DNA from: a virus
Taxonomy: Duplodnaviria > Caudoviricetes
DNA: 50,581 bases
Virus record (IMG/VR): IMGVR_UViG_3300048849_000135
Span: 1 to 50,581 of that record
Direction: 5' to 3' (one strand)
In this document: piece after piece, positions 46,234 through 50,581 of the stretch
How positions within the stretch are numbered: position 1 is the stretch's first letter
Layout of the letters: each line of letters starts with the position of its first letter
Program-made: the position numbers and the translations under genes
Notes under the pieces: model-generated
Databases searched by the model: none
What the model saw: only the letters and a program-made list of their open reading frames with translations
What the model was told of the DNA's origin: nothing

Positions 46234-46686
46234 ATGTTCGTCAAAAGAGAAAACGGGAAGATCGTCGCGGCGTTTTCGGCTATGCAAACGGGCGTGGCCG
46301 AGGAAGAGCTTCAGGATGGCGATGCTGAACTCCTCGCCTTCCTTCAGCCATCTATCGACCTCAGCGCCTACGCTGCGCAGAAGCGGTGGGAGCGTGAGGT
46401 GGGCGGCATTGAATTCGCCGGCCTCACGGTCGCGACCGATGACCGGTCGAAGATCATGATCTCGGGCGCTCGCATCAAGGCCGACAAGGATCCTGCCTTC
46501 GTCACATCGTGGAAGGGGCCGGACGGCCAGTTCCTCACGCTCGATGCGGAAACGATCATCTCGATCAGCGATGCGGTCCTCGACCATGTCAACGACTGCT
46601 TTGCCCTTGAGGCCTCTGTCCTGGTGCAGATTGCTGAAGGTGGGATTGTCGACGCTGATGGGGTCGATGCCGCGTTTGACGGATGA
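46234..46686 (+). CDS. DUF4376 tail fibre assembly protein
   Basis: RWE.EVGGI; TD.RS; WK..DG.F..L; HV..CF..E. Confidence 0.85.
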   Translation: MFVKRENGKIVAAFSAMQTGVAEEELQDGDAELLAFLQPSIDLSAYAAQKRWEREVGGIEFAGLTVATDDRSKIMISGARIKADKDPAFVTSWKGPDGQFLTLDAETIISISDAVLDHVNDCFALEASVLVQIAEGGIVDADGVDAAFDG

Positions 46687-46695
46687 CCGTCGCGC

Positions 46696-47172
46696 TCACT
46701 GCCTGCGTGCAATCCATGGAAGCTCGAACTTCCCCTGCCAGACGCCCGCCTTCGTCGCTTGGGCTTGTTCTTGCGCTTCGGCATACGCTCCCTTGCTGTA
46801 CTGGACGTAATCGAATGCATGGCCGGAGCGGACCATCCAGGAACCGACACTAGAGCCGTCCGAGCGGAAACAGTTTGCGACCATTCGCCGGTAGCGATCC
46901 CACTCTACAAATTCACACCGAGTTGGGCGAGACGCCGCCAAGAAGGCGTCAAGTTCCCTAGCAGCGACTTGACCGCACCGGTACATCTTGCCGGCCGCGT
47001 CCCAGCAGCCTTGCCAACTTTCGGGAGCGTCAATCCCCTGGATACGAATACGCTGACCTGTGATCTCGATCGTATCGCCATCGATGATAGAAGCTCGGCC
47101 GGTGACTGGGCTTTGGGCCAGACCAGGAAAGGCGATCGTTGCCAGCAGCAGGGAGATTGTCAGTCTTAGCAT
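46696..47172 (-). CDS. Thermonuclease (SNase) family secreted nuclease
   Basis: IDGDT; IRIQGIDAPE; DRYRR; signal peptide. Confidence 0.92.
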   Translation of the reverse strand: MLRLTISLLLATIAFPGLAQSPVTGRASIIDGDTIEITGQRIRIQGIDAPESWQGCWDAAGKMYRCGQVAARELDAFLAASRPTRCEFVEWDRYRRMVANCFRSDGSSVGSWMVRSGHAFDYVQYSKGAYAEAQEQAQATKAGVWQGKFELPWIARRQ

Positions 47173-47396
47173 ATGCTCTCGCAAGGGGTGCCGTCGGAAT
47201 CTCTGTCTAGCTTGCCGCCCCATGAACAGTTGCCAAGGTACCACTGCGCCTCATCGCAGGACTGGATCTGCTTGCAGGTTTTCCTCGGCTGGCAGCTCCA
47301 GCTTTGAGCCGTTTGGAGATCCGGCCTAGGTGTCATCGGCCCAGTCGGCAAAGCGACTGCAGACGTCAAAAATAAAGCAACGAAAGCTGTTTTCAT
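47166..47396 (-). CDS. Excalibur Ca-binding domain protein
   Basis: TC.QI.SC.EA...LDRDSDGTPCE. Confidence 0.88.
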   Translation of the reverse strand: MKTAFVALFLTSAVALPTGPMTPRPDLQTAQSWSCQPRKTCKQIQSCDEAQWYLGNCSWGGKLDRDSDGTPCESIC

Positions 47397-47511
47397 AGTT
47401 CCCTCCCCAGTCACGAGGCAACAAAACATCTCTCACTGGTTGTGTCGAGGTGCAGGAAATACAGGGTCATAAATTGCTTTCAGGGTCGATCGCCCCTGCT
47501 CTCCGGAATAG

Positions 47512-47658
47512 TCAGCTGAGACTGTGCGTGTTAGTGCGACAGAGCCCGAACCATAATCCAAACCGGCCGCCAGCAGTTACCAACGATGCGAGAAGCACAG
47601 CCGAGAACTTAATTGTGTAAGCGCGCCTAGCACGCATCGCATCCCACTCATACGCCAT
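47512..47658 (-). CDS. Small membrane peptide (MAYEW...)
   Basis: GAGG RBS; one TM segment. Confidence 0.45.
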   Translation of the reverse strand: MAYEWDAMRARRAYTIKFSAVLLASLVTAGGRFGLWFGLCRTNTHSLS

Positions 47659-47758
47659 ACTCGGAACCCTCATCCCTCTGCCGCGGATTGAAGCATTCGG
47701 TTGCGTGAGAGTCGAGTGCGCGAAAGCAACAGCTAACCTACCAAAGCCAGGGACCACC

Positions 47759-47809
47759 ATGATCGCGCACGACGTGCAGCGGCGCCTCATCGCGCTTGGT
47801 CGTGTTTGA
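47759..47809 (+). pseudogene. Remnant N-terminus of a peptidoglycan-binding endolysin (MIAHDVQRRLIALGRV*)
   Basis: VQRRLIALG matches PG_binding_1 starts; immediately upstream of the intact lysin. Confidence 0.45.
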
Positions 47810-47856
47810 AGCCGATCGACGGCTCGTCTCTTCTTCTAACACAAAGGAAAATCACT

Positions 47857-48495
47857 ATGGATCGCGCGAAATTCTTCGCGGCGGTGCGCTCGTCGCTGTT
47901 CGGCGGCAAGCTCACGGCGTCGCAGGTTGCCGGGATGGATGCCATTCTCGACGAGTGGGCAGCGACCGGCCTGCAGGACCGGCACTGGCTGGCGTACATG
48001 CTGGCGACGGTCTTCCTCGAAACGGGCGAGACCATGCGCCCGATCGTCGAGAACCTCAGCTATTCGGCGGATGGCCTGCGCAAAACCTTCGGCAAGTATT
48101 TCACTGCCGCGCAGGCAACTGCTTACGCCCGCAAGCCGGAGAAGATCGCCAACCGCGCCTACGGCGGGCGCATGGGCAACGGCAACGAGGCGAGCGGCGA
48201 CGGCTGGCGTTTCCGCGGCCGTGGCCTAGTGCAGATCACCGGCCGGGACAACTACCGGAAGTTCGGGATCGAAGACGATCCGGACGCGGCGCTCAATGCG
48301 GTCACGGCGATCAAGATCATGTTCGTCGGCATGACCGACGGCGTGTTCACCGGCCGTCGCCTCTCCGATTTCTTCCGCCCCGGCGTCGAGGACTGGAACG
48401 GTGCGCGGGCCATCATCAACGGCAAGGACCGCGCGGCCGACGTCGCCGCCTTCGGTCGCAAGTTTCACGCCGCGCTGAAAATCGCCGGCGCCTGA
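47857..48495 (+). CDS. Endolysin, glycoside hydrolase family 19
   Basis: AYMLAT..ET; ENLSYS; GDGWRFRGRGLVQITGRDNY; AR.IING. Confidence 0.92.
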   Translation: MDRAKFFAAVRSSLFGGKLTASQVAGMDAILDEWAATGLQDRHWLAYMLATVFLETGETMRPIVENLSYSADGLRKTFGKYFTAAQATAYARKPEKIANRAYGGRMGNGNEASGDGWRFRGRGLVQITGRDNYRKFGIEDDPDAALNAVTAIKIMFVGMTDGVFTGRRLSDFFRPGVEDWNGARAIINGKDRAADVAAFGRKFHAALKIAGA

Positions 48496-48522
48496 TCATC
48501 TCCAACCTCAAAGGATGAAGCC

Positions 48523-48879
48523 ATGTCTTCGAAATCGATCTTGCTCGCCACCGCCGTCGCAACGGCCATCTCCTCCACGGTTGCCCGGCCGGAGGTGGAG
48601 GCGAATGCGCAAGCTGTGCCGGCGCTGGTCGAGGCGGTCACGCGGGAAGTCACGCCGATTGTCGAGAACGCCACCAACTCCGAGCCCTGGTATCGCAGCC
48701 GCGTCACCTGGGGCGCGATCGCGTCGATCGTCTTGCCGCTTCTCGGCGCGTTTGGTGTGCGGTCCGACATCATCGACGCCGACCAGTTCGTCGCGCTGGG
48801 GCTCGCTCTCGGCACGGCTGCCGGCGGCCTGCTCACGCTCTATGGCCGATGGAAGGCGAAGCGCCCCATCGGCCAGTGA
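48523..48879 (+). CDS. Putative holin
   Basis: EPWYRSRVTWG; two TM segments; YGRW.A..P. Confidence 0.7.
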   Translation: MSSKSILLATAVATAISSTVARPEVEANAQAVPALVEAVTREVTPIVENATNSEPWYRSRVTWGAIASIVLPLLGAFGVRSDIIDADQFVALGLALGTAAGGLLTLYGRWKAKRPIGQ

Positions 48880-48924
48880 CCCTTCTCCGTCAAGCGAACA
48901 TCGAAATGAAAGGGCTCGGGGCTG

Positions 48925-49527
48925 ATGGCGAACGGGAACACTGACATGCCCAGCGGCAACATCTTCGACCCCATGGCGCAGTATGCCCGCTTGTCCGAGC
49001 GGGTAGAGAACCAGGGCAAGGACATCGTCGACCTCAGGTCGAACATGAACACAGGATTCCAGAGCGTCAACGCCAGCCTGACGACCTTGTCGAACGAGCT
49101 GCGCAGCAACAGCAAGACACAGTGGCCGGTGATCTGGACGGCCGCTGGCGTCTCGTTCACCGTCCTCGCGGCTCTCGGTGCGTTCGTCTACGGAACGCTC
49201 TCCACGCGGCTCGATCGCACCGACACGAGCATCACCGGTCTCGTCGACAAGATGGTGACGCAGAAGGAAATGGAGTGGCGCACCGCGCGCGGTGCCGAAG
49301 ACCGTTCCCGTATGGAAGGTGGCATCAAGGAAGTCCGTGACGCTCAGGTGCCGCGCGAGGAACTTGATCGGGTGTGGTCGAACTATGATCAGCGGTTCGC
49401 GGATCTGCAGCGACAGGTCGACGAGCAGAAGCAGCAGGCGGGCAGCGTCTACGGCGCGAGGGATGTCATCCTCGATACCCGCGAGCGGCTCGACCGCCTT
49501 GAGCGCCAGCGGCTTTCCCAGCCGTAG
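48925..49527 (+). CDS. Lysis-region membrane/coiled-coil protein
   Basis: One TM segment flanked by coiled coils. Confidence 0.7.
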   Translation: MANGNTDMPSGNIFDPMAQYARLSERVENQGKDIVDLRSNMNTGFQSVNASLTTLSNELRSNSKTQWPVIWTAAGVSFTVLAALGAFVYGTLSTRLDRTDTSITGLVDKMVTQKEMEWRTARGAEDRSRMEGGIKEVRDAQVPREELDRVWSNYDQRFADLQRQVDEQKQQAGSVYGARDVILDTRERLDRLERQRLSQP

Positions 49528-49560
49528 CCCGCGGCACCTACGCCGCTTCGTCTCTGCAAC

Positions 49561-49588
49561 AAAAAAAGGGGCCCGCCGAAGCGAGCCC
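49561..49588 (-). terminator. Intrinsic terminator (minus strand)
   Basis: GGGCTCGC ttcg GCGGGCCC followed by a long T-run. Confidence 0.75.
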
Positions 49589-49812
49589 AATTGCTGAAGT
49601 TTGGAGATCACACCGGCAGTATCTACCGACGTCTCCCTGCTGTAAATTGAATCTGCTGCCAGATGTTCCGTGGTCCGATGCCGTACTTAAGTATCAGTTG
49701 CCGTCATTCCCGATCCCGGATCTCGCGGTTCTGAAACAGGGCGCGTTGAGCGCTAACGCGCTGGCCAGCCTGATCCGGCTGGAGCTCGCAGAGGAATAGG
49801 CGTTTCCGCCAC

Positions 49813-50226
49813 TCACTCGCACCACCTATTTCCGTTGTTGGGCCATTTCTGAGCGAGCCCTTCGCTTATCAGCACGCGACCGGCGTCACGGCCATCCTTG
49901 AGGATTACGCGCACCAGGTCGCGTCGATCGCTCGTCCGGTCTTTTTCCCCCGAATTGTCTATCCGGTATCCTTGGCTCATCAGCACGATCAGGCGCTTCT
50001 TCGCAGCCTCGCCGATCTCGCGCTCGTTTCCGCATGCGGCTCCGAAGGTCTCCGGCGTGTCGATGTCCAGCATGCGCATCTTGATGCCGTTCTGCCAGAT
50101 CGTGTCACCGTCCACGACGCATGTCAGTTTGCGTGCGGCACGGTTGCCACCTTGGCACTCCTCGATCGCGAGGGCTTACCCACTGACCAGCATGGCGGCG
50201 GAAGCCATCACAGCGAGACGTATCAT
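49813..50226 (-). pseudogene. Thermonuclease family gene with an in-frame TAA (50176-50178) in the signal peptide
   Basis: MIRLAVMASAAMLVSG*ALAIEEC...TCVVDGDTIW...IDTPE; GAGGA RBS. Confidence 0.75.
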
Positions 50227-50347
50227 CAACTTCCTCGTTTTGGTTTAGGTCTGAACCAGGCCATTGTCACACCCGCCACACATTTCGAGCGATGCGAGGA
50301 ACTATGGTCGCGGCATTATCATTACAACTACGTTGGACACACTTAGG

Positions 50348-50581
50348 ATGTTGAACATGCTGGTGAACCGTTGGAAAAAACCCGTTGTCATCCAGGAAGA
50401 TGGTATCCTGATCACCCTCTCGTCGGCGGAGGAGGCGATCAACTGGCTTTCACACGAGCGCAACCAGAGGAACGACAAGTGGCGGAATGCGTGGCAGACA
50501 TGCCGGGCCGTTCACGAAGGTCGTTTGCCAGCGGATGAAGCCCGATCTGCAGTTCAGCTGGCTGCTCTGAGCCGGCACTGA
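50348..50581 (+). CDS. DUF982 family protein
   Basis: W.KPV.I......S.EEA..WL; C......AR.A...AA; GGAAC-N17-CATT promoter at 50298-50323. Confidence 0.82.
   Translation: MLNMLVNRWKKPVVIQEDGILITLSSAEEAINWLSHERNQRNDKWRNAWQTCRAVHEGRLPADEARSAVQLAALSRH

Larger units (their letters stand above)
1..50581. mobile_element. Temperate siphovirus-like prophage (integrase to lysis/accessory end); exact att boundaries not resolved
   Basis: Canonical gene order: integrase, recombination, cI/cro, replication, terminase, portal, capsid, tail, tape measure, fibres, lysin. Confidence 0.96.

Noticed and set aside
48880-49527. Rz/Rz1 spanin pair
   Set aside because: No lipobox-containing nested ORF recognised; 48925-49527 is left as an unassigned membrane protein
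1-50581. CRISPR array, tRNA/rRNA genes, IS elements, attL/attR direct repeats
   Set aside because: None recognised by eye; the window starts and ends at gene stops, so att sites probably lie outside it

Overview
The whole window is a GC-rich, apparently near-complete lambdoid-type temperate siphovirus prophage from an alphaproteobacterial, probably Rhizobiaceae, host (DUF982 genes, a GapR domain, a BA14K-like gene, alphaproteobacterial LexA boxes). Left arm (- strand): tyrosine integrase, putative excisionase, HNH, J-domain protein, DUF5131, NinB, Bet/RecT and Gp157. Immunity region: S24 repressor and Cro, with five 15-bp operators. Right early region: GapR-ParB fusion, two DNA methyltransferases, DUF1064, replication genes and a late regulator. 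These are followed by packaging, head, tail (with a tail-chaperone frameshift), a two-part fibre and a GH19 lysis cassette. Many small accessory genes (morons) are interspersed. The most notable unexplained elements are: (i) a pair of paralogous Lys-rich 'KTAAGSALTQRP' peptides flanking a membrane protein gene; (ii) an apparently autoregulated operon of a 22-aa peptide plus an XRE/Zn-ribbon protein; (iii) four CAGUG-loop hairpins ahead of the scaffold and capsid genes; (iv) a dispersed set of morons behind EcfG/RpoE2-type promoters; (v) three antisense genes nested codon-aligned inside phage ORFs that overlap their neighbours at both ends. att sites are not visible in the window. All family assignments come from recognising motifs by eye, not from database searches.
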